NCBI GenBank assembly: GCA_946495655.1
Contig: CAMMDS010000001.1
Span: 317-64,316 of the forward strand
DNA length: 64,000 bases
Direction: 5' to 3'
DNA from: an uncultured Clostridium sp.
Lineage (GTDB): Bacteria; Bacillota; Clostridia; TANB77; CAG-508
Positions 51,253 to 60,519 of this stretch are shown here, in pieces. The position numbers were made by a program, and so were the translations under genes. Each line of letters opens with the position of its first letter. Position 1 is the stretch's first letter. Below the pieces are notes generated by a model. The model made no database searches. It saw only the letters and a program-made list of their open reading frames with translations, and had not been told where the DNA came from.

Positions 51253-52406
51253 TTTACGTTAATAACAACATTTTCAGTCTTAGCAGCCGCAGCAACTTCA
51301 ACAGAGCCGATAGCATCTCTCTTCATATCTTCTGCTGTTACTCTATATAGTCCAGTAGAGTTCTTGTTAGCTTTAAATACAGCATTACCGCTTGCATTAG
51401 TTGTCTTAATTTGTCCATTGAAGTTAACTTTAGCACCAGTTAAATTTGTTGAGTCTTGGTCTTTAACATTTATTGTTACGTCTACTCTGTCTTCTGTATA
51501 AGAACCAGGTAAGATAACAGCAAATGGAAATCTTACAGCTTCATCTGGTTGTAAAGAATTTATTGGATTTGGTATTTCCCAACCAAGTCTCATAACAACT
51601 CTTAATGCAACCATATCGTCTTGTGCTAAGTTGTATAATATTTCTCCTGTTGCAGGGTCTTGAATTACTGCTTGGTCTAATACTTTAAATGTTATATCTT
51701 GTCTGATAGCATAAACGGCTTGTGAGAAATCTCCGACAATCATTTGTGCTTTTGTTTTGTCCCAAGCGCCATTGTCTACATAAGCTTTGCTTAAACTATC
51801 AATTTCAGTTCCTTTGATTGGTTGTCCTGTTGTGTCAAGCATCATTCTAAATTTACCTTTTAAGTCAACTCCACCAACTGCTCCATTTACATTATATCCA
51901 CTTTCTTCAACTTTTGTCATTGCATCATTAATAGATTGATATAATGTATTTGGGCCAGGTGTAATTGTTGCTTCTGCATTTAATGCAGATGTTAATAAAT
52001 CTGCTCTAAAGCCTGTTGGTTTATCTGCACCAACAAATACAGCTTGATCAAATTTTTTGCCCATAGCTTCTTCTATCCTTGGTCTTACTTCTCCCCAAAT
52101 ATCGTAATCAGCATCATCTATTACATTCTCTGGAATAGGTACTATAACAGCCATTTCTTCTGCTATAATATATTTTTTATCCCAAGCCATTTTGGTTAAT
52201 TGTTTTCTAGCATTATCGCTTCCTTGCCAATAGACTAATGGTAAAGCATCTAATACTTTCATTTTTGTTTTATTAGAAGTCATATTAGGCAATCTTCTGA
52301 ACATTTGCATTGCTCTTGATTGTTTAATAGCTCCTTCAATTATTTCTCTGGCCACTTGTTCTTCTATAAGTGTCTCTGCATTACTTCTTGAAATCATTTG
52401 TCCCAT
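51237..52406 (-). CDS. major capsid protein (0-frame product, 389 aa, already carrying one C-terminal Ig-like domain)
   Basis: Position after the scaffold gene and the size fit. The C-terminal VDVTINVKD...GAKVNF.G...T.ASG.AVF is Big-like. Confidence 0.7.
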   Translation of the reverse strand: MGQMISRSNAETLIEEQVAREIIEGAIKQSRAMQMFRRLPNMTSNKTKMKVLDALPLVYWQGSDNARKQLTKMAWDKKYIIAEEMAVIVPIPENVIDDADYDIWGEVRPRIEEAMGKKFDQAVFVGADKPTGFRADLLTSALNAEATITPGPNTLYQSINDAMTKVEESGYNVNGAVGGVDLKGKFRMMLDTTGQPIKGTEIDSLSKAYVDNGAWDKTKAQMIVGDFSQAVYAIRQDITFKVLDQAVIQDPATGEILYNLAQDDMVALRVVMRLGWEIPNPINSLQPDEAVRFPFAVILPGSYTEDRVDVTINVKDQDSTNLTGAKVNFNGQIKTTNASGNAVFKANKNSTGLYRVTAEDMKRDAIGSVEVAAAAKTENVVINVKKKSE

Positions 52407-52447
52407 AATTAATCTTCCTTTCTATAAAAAAATAAGACTAGCTAATG

Positions 52448-53017
52448 CTAATCTCTTGCAGAACGAATTAAATCGTTCATTATTTGATTTGTTTCATTTT
52501 GATTATTTTGCTCTTTTCCATCTAATCCCAAACTAGAACCTACTTTTTTTCTTGTTATTGTGGTTTCTGAGTTGTATTGTGGATTTTTAGCTTTAAAAGA
52601 TTTTAAAGCTGTCTCAAAATCAATTGTGTCTGTCACTTCTTTTAGAACTTTACTTGCAACAAATTCGGCAAATTCAGGCTTAATTCCTGCACTTGTTGCT
52701 TTTGTTGTTGCCTCTAACATAGAATATTTAGAGTTAAGGTCTTCATATTTAGATCTATAGTCATCTCTTTCAGTTGTGATGTTTTTTAATTTAGCATTAA
52801 TTCCATCATCACCTTGTATAGATGCTTCTAAGTCCTCATATTTCTTTTTGTAATCTAAGTTTTTAGCTTTTTTTACATCATCATCGTATTTACTCTTAGC
52901 TACATATCCTCCTGCAGAAAGATTGGCTAATTTCATACCTTTTTCTTCTACCGCTTTTGTAAAATCATCGTATGATAATGCGTTCTCTCCAAATAATTCT
53001 TTTAATTCATCTTCCAT
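52448..53017 (-). CDS. scaffolding protein
   Basis: The likely start is ATG 53017. The protein is acidic and coiled-coil, between the minor head and capsid genes. Confidence 0.55.
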   Translation of the reverse strand: MEDELKELFGENALSYDDFTKAVEEKGMKLANLSAGGYVAKSKYDDDVKKAKNLDYKKKYEDLEASIQGDDGINAKLKNITTERDDYRSKYEDLNSKYSMLEATTKATSAGIKPEFAEFVASKVLKEVTDTIDFETALKSFKAKNPQYNSETTITRKKVGSSLGLDGKEQNNQNETNQIMNDLIRSARD

Positions 53018-53155
53018 TTCTTTTCCTTTCTCACACTGATTTAATTTAAATGACAGTTCACTCTGTCTGCTGTGTGTCTTGCATTTATATCTCGACAAGC
53101 TAGAGTTATTTAGATTTCTTTAAATGTCTAATCTTAAAGACTTTAATTTTAAAAA

Positions 53156-53230
53156 TGGCACAAGTTAATGGATTTGAACCACTATCTAACAGTTTTGGAG
53201 ACTGCTGTTTTTCCGTTAAACTAAACTTGC
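53156..53230 (-). tRNA. tRNA-Trp (anticodon CCA), phage-encoded
   Basis: Hand-folded cloverleaf. Acceptor GCAAGTT/AACTTGT, D arm GTTT/AAAC, anticodon stem GCAGT/ACTGT with loop CTCCAAA, T arm AGTGG-TTCAAAT-CCATT, discriminator G and an encoded CCA. Confidence 0.8.
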
Positions 53231-53232
53231 AT

Positions 53233-53260
53233 AATAAAAAGACAGTTGTTAAACTGTCTT
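53233..53260 (-). terminator. Rho-independent terminator
   Basis: 9-bp stem aagacagtt / aactgtctt followed by a T-run on the minus strand, between ORF 53264..53521 and the tRNA. Confidence 0.55.
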
Positions 53261-53263
53261 AAA

Positions 53264-53521
53264 TCAATAATCTATACTTTCTAAAAATTTTCCTAGACGA
53301 TATTCATCAAATATATCTTTACCGTCCATTTTGATTTTTGGTTTTGTAAAACCTACTTTTTGTATTGGTAAAAAATCTTTTTTTATTTCTATATTAGGAA
53401 TACGGCTATTATCTTCACTTACTTCAAATTTTATTTTTGTTGTATATTTTATTTCCTTGCCATCTATCCAAACGTAGGTATGGTTTTTATCATCTACAAT
53501 AATTTTTAATTTTTCTTTCAT
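53264..53521 (-). CDS. hypothetical protein
   Basis: 85-aa ORF with an RBS (GGAGGAAATATG). Confidence 0.5.
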   Translation of the reverse strand: MKEKLKIIVDDKNHTYVWIDGKEIKYTTKIKFEVSEDNSRIPNIEIKKDFLPIQKVGFTKPKIKMDGKDIFDEYRLGKFLESIDY

Positions 53522-53529
53522 ATTTCCTC

Positions 53530-54666
53530 CTAAATAACTAATCTACTATTATCTTTTCTTAAACCTGTTTGTTTTAAGAAATCATTTAATTGTGCATTGT
53601 GTTCTTTCTGTTTTGCTTTTATATTTCTTATTTCATTTTGCACTTGTTCTATATTTATATTTTTATCTTTACTAGTTAAAATAGCTTGTTGTGCTTTTAA
53701 ATCCTTTTTATCTTGTCTTATTTGTCTTTCGAAATATCTTTGTTTTTGTGTTGCATCATATTTACTATACTCTTTCCTGTTATATGTAATTTTTTCTTCT
53801 TGCCACTCTTTTAACTGTTTTTCAGTATAAGTTCTAGTGCTTCCTGAATAATATGGATACCAATCGTGTCTACAATTTATTCCTTTAAAACCTGTAACTT
53901 CTCCATATCCTATATCTTTTAAACTTAAGTAGCCTTTTTGTCCACTTCTACTTACTATTTTTCCTTGCCAACTTGCGTGGCTTGGTCTAGCTCCACTATG
54001 TGCCGTTAGTTCCATTAAATCCCAGCCCATTTCATCTGCTCTAAGTTCCTGTAATTTCCCACAATTTTGATTTATTGCTGTTACTATGTTTGTTCTTACT
54101 GCACTTTCTAAACTCCTTTTTGCTCCACTTGGATATGTTATAACAGCTCCTTGAGAACTTATGTTGTTTATCGTGTCTATTATTGCTTGTGTGTAGCTCT
54201 TAACTCCTGTGCTAACTTCCATATATGCCTTATTCATAGCATTGTAGAATTGAGTTTGTGCAGTATTTGCTGTTGTCATTACTAAGTTTTGTAAATTACC
54301 TGCTGTTTTTTCTATTGTTGCACTCATTGTTTGCATTATTGGTCTACTTCGCTTGATTGGGACTGGATTTAATCCTGCTTCCTTATATATAAAGTCATCT
54401 CTATCTAATGTTTTTGCTCCTGCTTCTTCAAATATTTCTGCAACTTTTTCATAAGAACTATTATTATATTTTGCTACTAAAGTTATTATATCCTGATACA
54501 GTACTCCCATCTCTTGTGCTATTTTTATATCATTAAGTACTACTGTATTTGCATATCCCACTCTTGCTATCCTTGTTGCTATTTCTTCTATTATTTCAAG
54601 TTCTAAATTTTCATATAATCTATTAGCCTGTCTTTCTATATTAATGAAATCTTTTTCTGTTAGCAT
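53530..54666 (-). CDS. minor head protein (SPP1 gp7 / Mu F-like)
   Basis: 378 aa directly after the portal region. The conserved ...ELTAHSGARPSHASWQGK... and NCRH motifs are typical of the family. Confidence 0.65.
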   Translation of the reverse strand: MLTEKDFINIERQANRLYENLELEIIEEIATRIARVGYANTVVLNDIKIAQEMGVLYQDIITLVAKYNNSSYEKVAEIFEEAGAKTLDRDDFIYKEAGLNPVPIKRSRPIMQTMSATIEKTAGNLQNLVMTTANTAQTQFYNAMNKAYMEVSTGVKSYTQAIIDTINNISSQGAVITYPSGAKRSLESAVRTNIVTAINQNCGKLQELRADEMGWDLMELTAHSGARPSHASWQGKIVSRSGQKGYLSLKDIGYGEVTGFKGINCRHDWYPYYSGSTRTYTEKQLKEWQEEKITYNRKEYSKYDATQKQRYFERQIRQDKKDLKAQQAILTSKDKNINIEQVQNEIRNIKAKQKEHNAQLNDFLKQTGLRKDNSRLVI

Positions 54667-54919
54667 AATCTTTCCCTTTTAATCCTCTTTCAAGTCCTTC
54701 TACAAAACTTTTTCCTATTACTTCTGCAAACCATTTGCTCTCTCCTACTTCAATCCTTTTTTTAATGTTTTTGTTAAATTCTTCATCTTTTTTATTTAAT
54801 ACAGCTTTTCTTAAAGTCGGATAATATATATTGTTTCTTTTATAAAAGATACTCAATGATAAGCATACAGGTTGAATTTTAAAAATCTTAAATATGATTT
54901 TTTTAATAGCTATTATCAT
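54641..54919 (-). CDS. hypothetical small protein
   Basis: 92 aa. GGAGG lies 5 nt upstream of the ATG, which overlaps the portal gene's stop region. Confidence 0.4.
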   Translation of the reverse strand: MIIAIKKIIFKIFKIQPVCLSLSIFYKRNNIYYPTLRKAVLNKKDEEFNKNIKKRIEVGESKWFAEVIGKSFVEGLERGLKGKDYANRKRFH

Positions 54920-56358
54920 TATTCCTCCTTCATATTAGTAGTAAAACCAAAAGCTTCTTGATTACTCATTTTTTCTTGTTGTATTTGTTCCATTTCTTCT
55001 AATGCTTGTTCTTTATTTAGATTTCTGTAATTCTCTATATAAGACTTATGGCTTCTTAAGTCTTGTGCTACTTCTTGCATCGCTCTTACTTGTTCTGCTC
55101 CTCTATCCTCTATTATGCTATCGTCAAAATCTATAGTTACTTTTGATGCATCTATTGTCTGATTTCCAAAAGTAGAAGAAGCATAAGCAATAGCTTTTAC
55201 AACAGTTATTAAACTATTTTCTAAAACCTGTTCATGTTTTTTTATTGTTCTAAACATATCCGAGTTTTCTGATATAACTCCTGTTGCTGTCTGAATTGCT
55301 TGTCCATCGAACTTATACCTTTCTTGTCCGAAACCGACTTTACTTGATAATATGTTCAGCTGATAATTTACTGAGTTTATATATTGTTCTGTTCTTAAAG
55401 ATGCATCATCATGTTCTATCATGCTATCTTTGTTAAAACCTTTTGGCATTCGATAAACTGATATATCGTTCGGATCAAACACCATTCTACCTTCGCCATC
55501 GTCAAACGACAACATTTCTTCTGCAACAAATGTCCTTCTTCTTCCAATTACTACTTCATTGTCCAGCCCGTCATAAGCATTGTCTAAACATTTCAATGTA
55601 TCTATTGCATTTGCATAGACTGATAATCCAAAAGGCGTTTCGTTATCTATGTTGTTGCATATATTCGGTGTAATTATTGCAAACCAAGGGATATTACTTA
55701 ATGTGTCAAACTCCGCAATAAATCCCTCCTTTTCTTCTTTATTTGCTTCAACAAAAGAACTGTATTTGCCTTTAAACATATAATTTTTTATTACATAGTT
55801 TTTTTCTTTGTTTAAAATGTGCATTGCAACATAAATATAGGTTTGTCCTTTTTTATATTTTGTTGTTACAAAAGCACATTCTATTATTTTTCCATTTTCC
55901 CAAGTTAAAGGTATTATCTTTTTGCATTCTACAAATTCCAGTTTTATTCTTGCATTACTAACATCTAAAACATTTTCTTCTTGTTCTATATCTTGAACAG
56001 ACACCACTAAAGCTCCCGTTCCAATAGCAAAAGACTTTTCTATACCTTTATTTATTACTACTTCAGCATTATTTTGTCTTAATATTTCATTCAATGCCTC
56101 AGTATCTGTATTATTCTTTAAATTTATAGATACCTTTTCGTTGAATAGTAGATCAGCCCAGTCCTCAGCTACTTTTTTAGCGCCTTGCATAGACTTCTTT
56201 TCCATTTTTACTTTACGCTGCCCATTGTATATATAGTAATTGTGGAACTTGCGTACTTTACCTCTGTACCAGCTTTCCCAAATATCTATATACTTTTCCC
56301 AATTAAGTTTTTCTGATATATCATACCCTTGCTTACTAAAAAATTGTTGTAAATTCAT
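54919..56358 (-). CDS. portal protein (SPP1 Gp6-like)
   Basis: 479 aa. The call rests on size and position after terL. Confidence 0.7.
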   Translation of the reverse strand: MNLQQFFSKQGYDISEKLNWEKYIDIWESWYRGKVRKFHNYYIYNGQRKVKMEKKSMQGAKKVAEDWADLLFNEKVSINLKNNTDTEALNEILRQNNAEVVINKGIEKSFAIGTGALVVSVQDIEQEENVLDVSNARIKLEFVECKKIIPLTWENGKIIECAFVTTKYKKGQTYIYVAMHILNKEKNYVIKNYMFKGKYSSFVEANKEEKEGFIAEFDTLSNIPWFAIITPNICNNIDNETPFGLSVYANAIDTLKCLDNAYDGLDNEVVIGRRRTFVAEEMLSFDDGEGRMVFDPNDISVYRMPKGFNKDSMIEHDDASLRTEQYINSVNYQLNILSSKVGFGQERYKFDGQAIQTATGVISENSDMFRTIKKHEQVLENSLITVVKAIAYASSTFGNQTIDASKVTIDFDDSIIEDRGAEQVRAMQEVAQDLRSHKSYIENYRNLNKEQALEEMEQIQQEKMSNQEAFGFTTNMKEE

Positions 56359-56360
56359 AC

Positions 56361-57584
56361 TTATCTCCTGCTATTTATCAAATTTTCATAGAAACTGTTT
56401 ATTGAATACTCAAATGCATCCAAACTATCTATGTCTGTCGTTCCATCGTCTAGTCTTTCGTCCTGCGATTTGCTATTCCACAATGCATCTTGAAATGCTT
56501 TTGTAATTATTGTGTTTTTTCTTAATATATAAAATCTTCTTTGTGCCATTAGTGTACTACTTAAGAATATCCTGTCATTTATTAGCCCTTTTTCACAATC
56601 TACCACTTGAACCGGCAACCTCTCTTTCTGACATCTTCTTATTAAACCTAACGTAATTACATTTCCTAAAGCTCCATAATCACAAAAAGTGTACTGACAT
56701 TTATCATATTTGTCGTACACTCTTTTATAAAACTCTATAAACTTTTCATATATTTGTTCTGGATCATATACGCCTGTTAGGTCCATTTCGTCTAGCACAT
56801 ATACGTTCCTAAAATTATATGTAATCCCACTTGCTACAAATTTTATTTTAGATTTTCCAGCACCATAATCCACGCCAATTGTTACTATTGCTAATTCTTC
56901 TTTTACTCTGTCTACTAAGAAATCTTGTGTTTTATCAGCAAATAACATATAAATTGTGCCTTCTGCTGCCTTCCAATCACCTAATATATATCTATCAAAA
57001 AATACTGTTCCTCTGTATTCTGTTTCTAGGTTTTGTAATACTTCTTTATCTAGAAAAGGATTATCGTACAACGTATATTTTTGTTGATATATGTCTGCAT
57101 TTCCGTCTAAAAACTTTTTAAACCAATGGCTTGGACCTTCTGGGTTGCAAGTACCATCAAATTTGCTATACGGCTTATCTAATCTAGATTTAAGCATTTG
57201 AAATACTTCTTCATTCCATGTTGCAACCTCGTCTCCATAACAATATTTAAAACTTGCTCCTCTTATTTTGTTTACATGTTTTGAATTGTCTGCACCCAAA
57301 CAATAAGCTTTTTCGCCAAATAAAAAAGCTGTATTATCTGATTTAATATCAGACACCAGCTCTGTTCCCCATATATTTTGTAAAGGCTCTATTACATTTC
57401 TTTGTAAAGTTCCTTTTGTATTTCCTAATATTACAATTAGTCCTTGTTCATTTGCTACATTCCTTATTCTTTTAGGTATTACATAATAATCTAGATATGT
57501 TTTACCACTTCTTGTTGCTCCATATTTTACATTCCATCTTCTATTGGCATTGTCTAAAAATTCTCTTTGTTTTATTGAAAACAT
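56361..57584 (-). CDS. terminase large subunit
   Basis: 407 aa with a Walker A-like YGATRSGKT, then ...GDE motifs and a nuclease half. It follows terS. Confidence 0.8.
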   Translation of the reverse strand: MFSIKQREFLDNANRRWNVKYGATRSGKTYLDYYVIPKRIRNVANEQGLIVILGNTKGTLQRNVIEPLQNIWGTELVSDIKSDNTAFLFGEKAYCLGADNSKHVNKIRGASFKYCYGDEVATWNEEVFQMLKSRLDKPYSKFDGTCNPEGPSHWFKKFLDGNADIYQQKYTLYDNPFLDKEVLQNLETEYRGTVFFDRYILGDWKAAEGTIYMLFADKTQDFLVDRVKEELAIVTIGVDYGAGKSKIKFVASGITYNFRNVYVLDEMDLTGVYDPEQIYEKFIEFYKRVYDKYDKCQYTFCDYGALGNVITLGLIRRCQKERLPVQVVDCEKGLINDRIFLSSTLMAQRRFYILRKNTIITKAFQDALWNSKSQDERLDDGTTDIDSLDAFEYSINSFYENLINSRR

Positions 57585-57964
57585 TAAACAACACCACCTA
57601 AGCCTTTTAAAACTTCATCTAATTTTTCTAATGTCTCTTTTCCTGTTTCTTTCTCTTTTTCTTCTGTCATTTCCATTATCGTATTAAATGCTTGAACACT
57701 ATTTTTACCGCCTTTTAATGCCGTTTGATAAAGTGAAACGATTAAAGCCATTTGATTATCTATTTCTGTAGATTTTATACCTAAACTTTTCAACTGACTT
57801 TTTAATTTATCATTTTTTACAGGTAATGACAAAAGCGTTTCCATTTGTTCTTTCATTGCCTTTCTTTTTCTCATGTTTTCTGCCTTCTTTTTGCCGCCTC
57901 TTCGCCCATACTCTCGTGCTAACTCCGAGCTAGGAACTATTAAGTTTTGTTCATTAGCCATCAT
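57584..57964 (-). CDS. terminase small subunit
   Basis: 126 aa with a basic helical N-terminus (ELAREYGRRGGKKKAENMRKRK) directly upstream of terL. Confidence 0.6.
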   Translation of the reverse strand: MMANEQNLIVPSSELAREYGRRGGKKKAENMRKRKAMKEQMETLLSLPVKNDKLKSQLKSLGIKSTEIDNQMALIVSLYQTALKGGKNSVQAFNTIMEMTEEKEKETGKETLEKLDEVLKGLGGVV

Positions 57965-57974
57965 CTCACTTCCT

Positions 57975-58757
57975 TTAGAATAAACCCCATTCTGCTAATT
58001 TTTCAAATCCTCCTATTTTATTTATATATTCCTTTGCTATATTTACTATTTCAAAATATGGTTTTCCATCTACTTCTGTATCTCCTATTGCACAACATAA
58101 ATTTACTTCTTTTCCTGTTCTTTGTGCTTTTAAAAAAGCATATATATTAATAGATACATCTGCTTTGCTTAAATCTTTTCCATGTAGTCCTCCACCTGTT
58201 ATACTATCTGCCATATCGCTTCCTAGTTTTCTATTAGTAGCTCCTGTATCAACATTTATTCCTCCAGTCCAATCACCTAAAGGATTTATTATTGCTTTTG
58301 GATATTCTTTTAATAATTCTTCTGTTCTAGCACAACTTTGACAAATTATTAATTTATCATTATCTAATATGTATTTTCCATCTGATTTGTATTTATCATA
58401 TATTTTTCTTGCTATTTTAGATAATTTACTTTGCTCTTCTGTCAATGGAACTCCCTTAAATATTCCATTGTCTCCACATTTTATTGTTTCTTTTTGATTA
58501 TTTGCTAAATGTTCATCTTGTGATACTTTTAAATAAGTTGTAGTTACATCTCCTGCAATTCTATTTACTATTGCTTTTACTTCATTATAATTTATATATA
58601 CGTTTGTTTCTGCTATTATAAAGCATCTATTATGTCCTATTAGTACTTCTACTGCTATTTTAGGATTTTCATGTAATTTATATCCTAAATCTACTATTGC
58701 TCCTGCAATTCTATCAGCCACTTTATCTGGGTGATTTGGATTAACTTTTTCTATCAT
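57975..58757 (-). CDS. compact S-adenosylmethionine synthetase (MetK)-like protein
   Basis: 260 aa. NHPDKVADRIAGAIVD resembles MetK GHPDK..D.ISDA.LD, CGDNGIFKG resembles GAGDQG.MFGYA, and GGGLHGKDLSKADVS resembles GGGAFSGKD..KVDRS. It is much shorter than canonical MetK. Confidence 0.6.
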   Translation of the reverse strand: MIEKVNPNHPDKVADRIAGAIVDLGYKLHENPKIAVEVLIGHNRCFIIAETNVYINYNEVKAIVNRIAGDVTTTYLKVSQDEHLANNQKETIKCGDNGIFKGVPLTEEQSKLSKIARKIYDKYKSDGKYILDNDKLIICQSCARTEELLKEYPKAIINPLGDWTGGINVDTGATNRKLGSDMADSITGGGLHGKDLSKADVSINIYAFLKAQRTGKEVNLCCAIGDTEVDGKPYFEIVNIAKEYINKIGGFEKLAEWGLF

Positions 58758-58770
58758 TATATCTACTCCT

Positions 58771-59913
58771 TTAATTTAACTTAATTGCTTTTTCTCCTGT
58801 AAAGTCTTCATATCTTTTTATTATTACATCAACATATTTTGGATCTAATTCCATCATATAACAATTTCTGTTTAATTCTTCACAAGCAATTAAAACTGAC
58901 CCACTTCCTCCAAATACATCAAGAATAATTTCGTTTTTCTTACTAAAGTCTTGTAATATTTCACTTAACATTCTTATAGGTTTTTGTGTAGGATGAACTC
59001 TCTTCTCTTTTTCACCTTCTCTTATCATTCCGTTCCAAAGTTGGTGATATATTCTAATCGGTGTGTGAAAATTACAATATGCCATTTCACCATCTGCAAA
59101 AGTATTTTTTATTCCGCTGTCAACTCTTTTGTCCCAAATTATCCATCCATCACTTGTTTCTAAAAAATCAATAAAATAGTTTCCTCCAAAAATGATTAAT
59201 TTATTACATATTTTTTTTAATATTTCATAGCTTTTTTTTGCTGTCTCTGTTGTATTGTCTGCAATAATTTTTGAATAATTTCCTTTTTTAGTAATACCAA
59301 AATTTGCCCCAACTTCTCCATTTTCGCTTACTATATCAATTCCGTATGGAGGATCTGTTAAAACTATATCTACTTTATTTCCATTTATCAATTTTTCAAT
59401 GTCATCCTCTTTAGTACTGTCCCCGCACATTAATCTATGTTTTCCTAATTGGTATATATCTCCATATTTTGCTTTTGGTTCTTCAGGAATATTCGCATCT
59501 ATATCAAAATCATCTTCTTCTACTTCTTTTTCTTCATCTTCAAAATCTAAATCAAAACCAAAGTCTGACATATCTATATCTTCTATATCTTCTAACTCAC
59601 TGTTTAATATATCAAAGTCAAAATCAGTATTCATCGTTAATTTATTATGTGCTAATGTATAAGCTTTTCTTTCTTCATCTGTTAAGTGGTCTAGTCTTAT
59701 GCAGTCTACTTCTGTATAACCTAATTGTTTTAACGCTTCTAGTCTTCCGTGACCTTCTACTATTATATTTTCCTCTCCCCATACAGCGATTGGGTCATTC
59801 ATGCCAAATTCTTCTATGCTCTTTTTTATTTGTTCTATTTGTTCTTGAGTATGTATTTTAGCATTATTTTTATATGGTGTTATTTGCTTAATATTTATTT
59901 TTACAATGTTCAT
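58771..59913 (-). CDS. ParB-like nuclease domain fused to a DNA methyltransferase (DPPY motif)
   Basis: The N-terminal ParB/Srx-like region is I.PY..NAK.H...QI..I..SI..FG...PI.V......I..GHGRLEA. The C-terminal region has LTDPPYG and a later FGGSGS SAM-binding motif. Confidence 0.75.
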   Translation of the reverse strand: MNIVKINIKQITPYKNNAKIHTQEQIEQIKKSIEEFGMNDPIAVWGEENIIVEGHGRLEALKQLGYTEVDCIRLDHLTDEERKAYTLAHNKLTMNTDFDFDILNSELEDIEDIDMSDFGFDLDFEDEEKEVEEDDFDIDANIPEEPKAKYGDIYQLGKHRLMCGDSTKEDDIEKLINGNKVDIVLTDPPYGIDIVSENGEVGANFGITKKGNYSKIIADNTTETAKKSYEILKKICNKLIIFGGNYFIDFLETSDGWIIWDKRVDSGIKNTFADGEMAYCNFHTPIRIYHQLWNGMIREGEKEKRVHPTQKPIRMLSEILQDFSKKNEIILDVFGGSGSVLIACEELNRNCYMMELDPKYVDVIIKRYEDFTGEKAIKLN

Positions 59914-59930
59914 TTGCCATCTACCTCCAC

Positions 59931-60089
59931 CTACTTTTTTATAATTTTAGCTATTCTTTTTATTCCTTCTAAAATTAATGATATTATAAAATATATTAAT
60001 CCTAAAATAATTACCAAATTAATAAATCCAGCTATTAATATAACTGGACTAAATATTATTATTAATATAATTGCTAATACTTCTAACAT
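59931..60089 (-). CDS. small hydrophobic protein (52 aa), below the track cutoff
   Basis: GGAG RBS. Translation is MLEVLAIILIIIFSPVILIAGFINLVIILGLIYFIISLILEGIKRIAKIIKK. Confidence 0.35.
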   Translation of the reverse strand: MLEVLAIILIIIFSPVILIAGFINLVIILGLIYFIISLILEGIKRIAKIIKK

Positions 60090-60116
60090 TGCTTTACTCC
60101 TTCTATAAATTCAACT

Positions 60117-60257
60117 TCATCGCAGTTTCTTATAGCCATATATCTTGCTTGCATCTTTCTCGTATTCTTTACAACGTATTGTTACTAGATTGCCTTGTCT
60201 TATTATTTCCATCTTCTTTTCGCAAAGTGTTTTTTTACAAGTATCACATAACTCCAT
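60117..60257 (-). CDS. small Cys-containing protein (46 aa), below the track cutoff
   Basis: AAGGAG RBS. Translation is MELCDTCKKTLCEKKMEIIRQGNLVTIRCKEYEKDASKIYGYKKLR. Confidence 0.35.
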   Translation of the reverse strand: MELCDTCKKTLCEKKMEIIRQGNLVTIRCKEYEKDASKIYGYKKLR

Positions 60258-60439
60258 ATCTTTTACTCCTTTGTATAAACACTACATAAAGCAAAAATCA
60301 CCGTCGACCTTTTTGTGCACTCAGACTAGACTTTCACCAGTTTGTTTTTGCTCTATGTACTATTTACAAGCTTGTCAAATGTTTTATCGTTTCTATCTAC
60401 AAAACTACTTGCTAAAATTAGATTAGCTCCGAAGAGCAC

Positions 60440-60513
60440 TGGTTTCGGAACCTAGATTCGAACTAAGAATACAACGTCCAAGGCGTTGTGTGATACCATT
60501 TCACTATTCCGAA
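60440..60513 (-). tRNA. tRNA-Gln-like (anticodon UUG) with atypical anticodon loop CCUUGGA
   Basis: Hand-folded. Acceptor TTCGGAA/TTCCGAA (U1-A72), D arm GTGA/TCAC, anticodon stem CAACG/CGTTG, T arm CTTAG-TTCGAAT-CTAGG, discriminator A and an encoded CCA. Position 33 is C and position 37 is G. Confidence 0.65.
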
Positions 60514-60519
60514 GTATAA

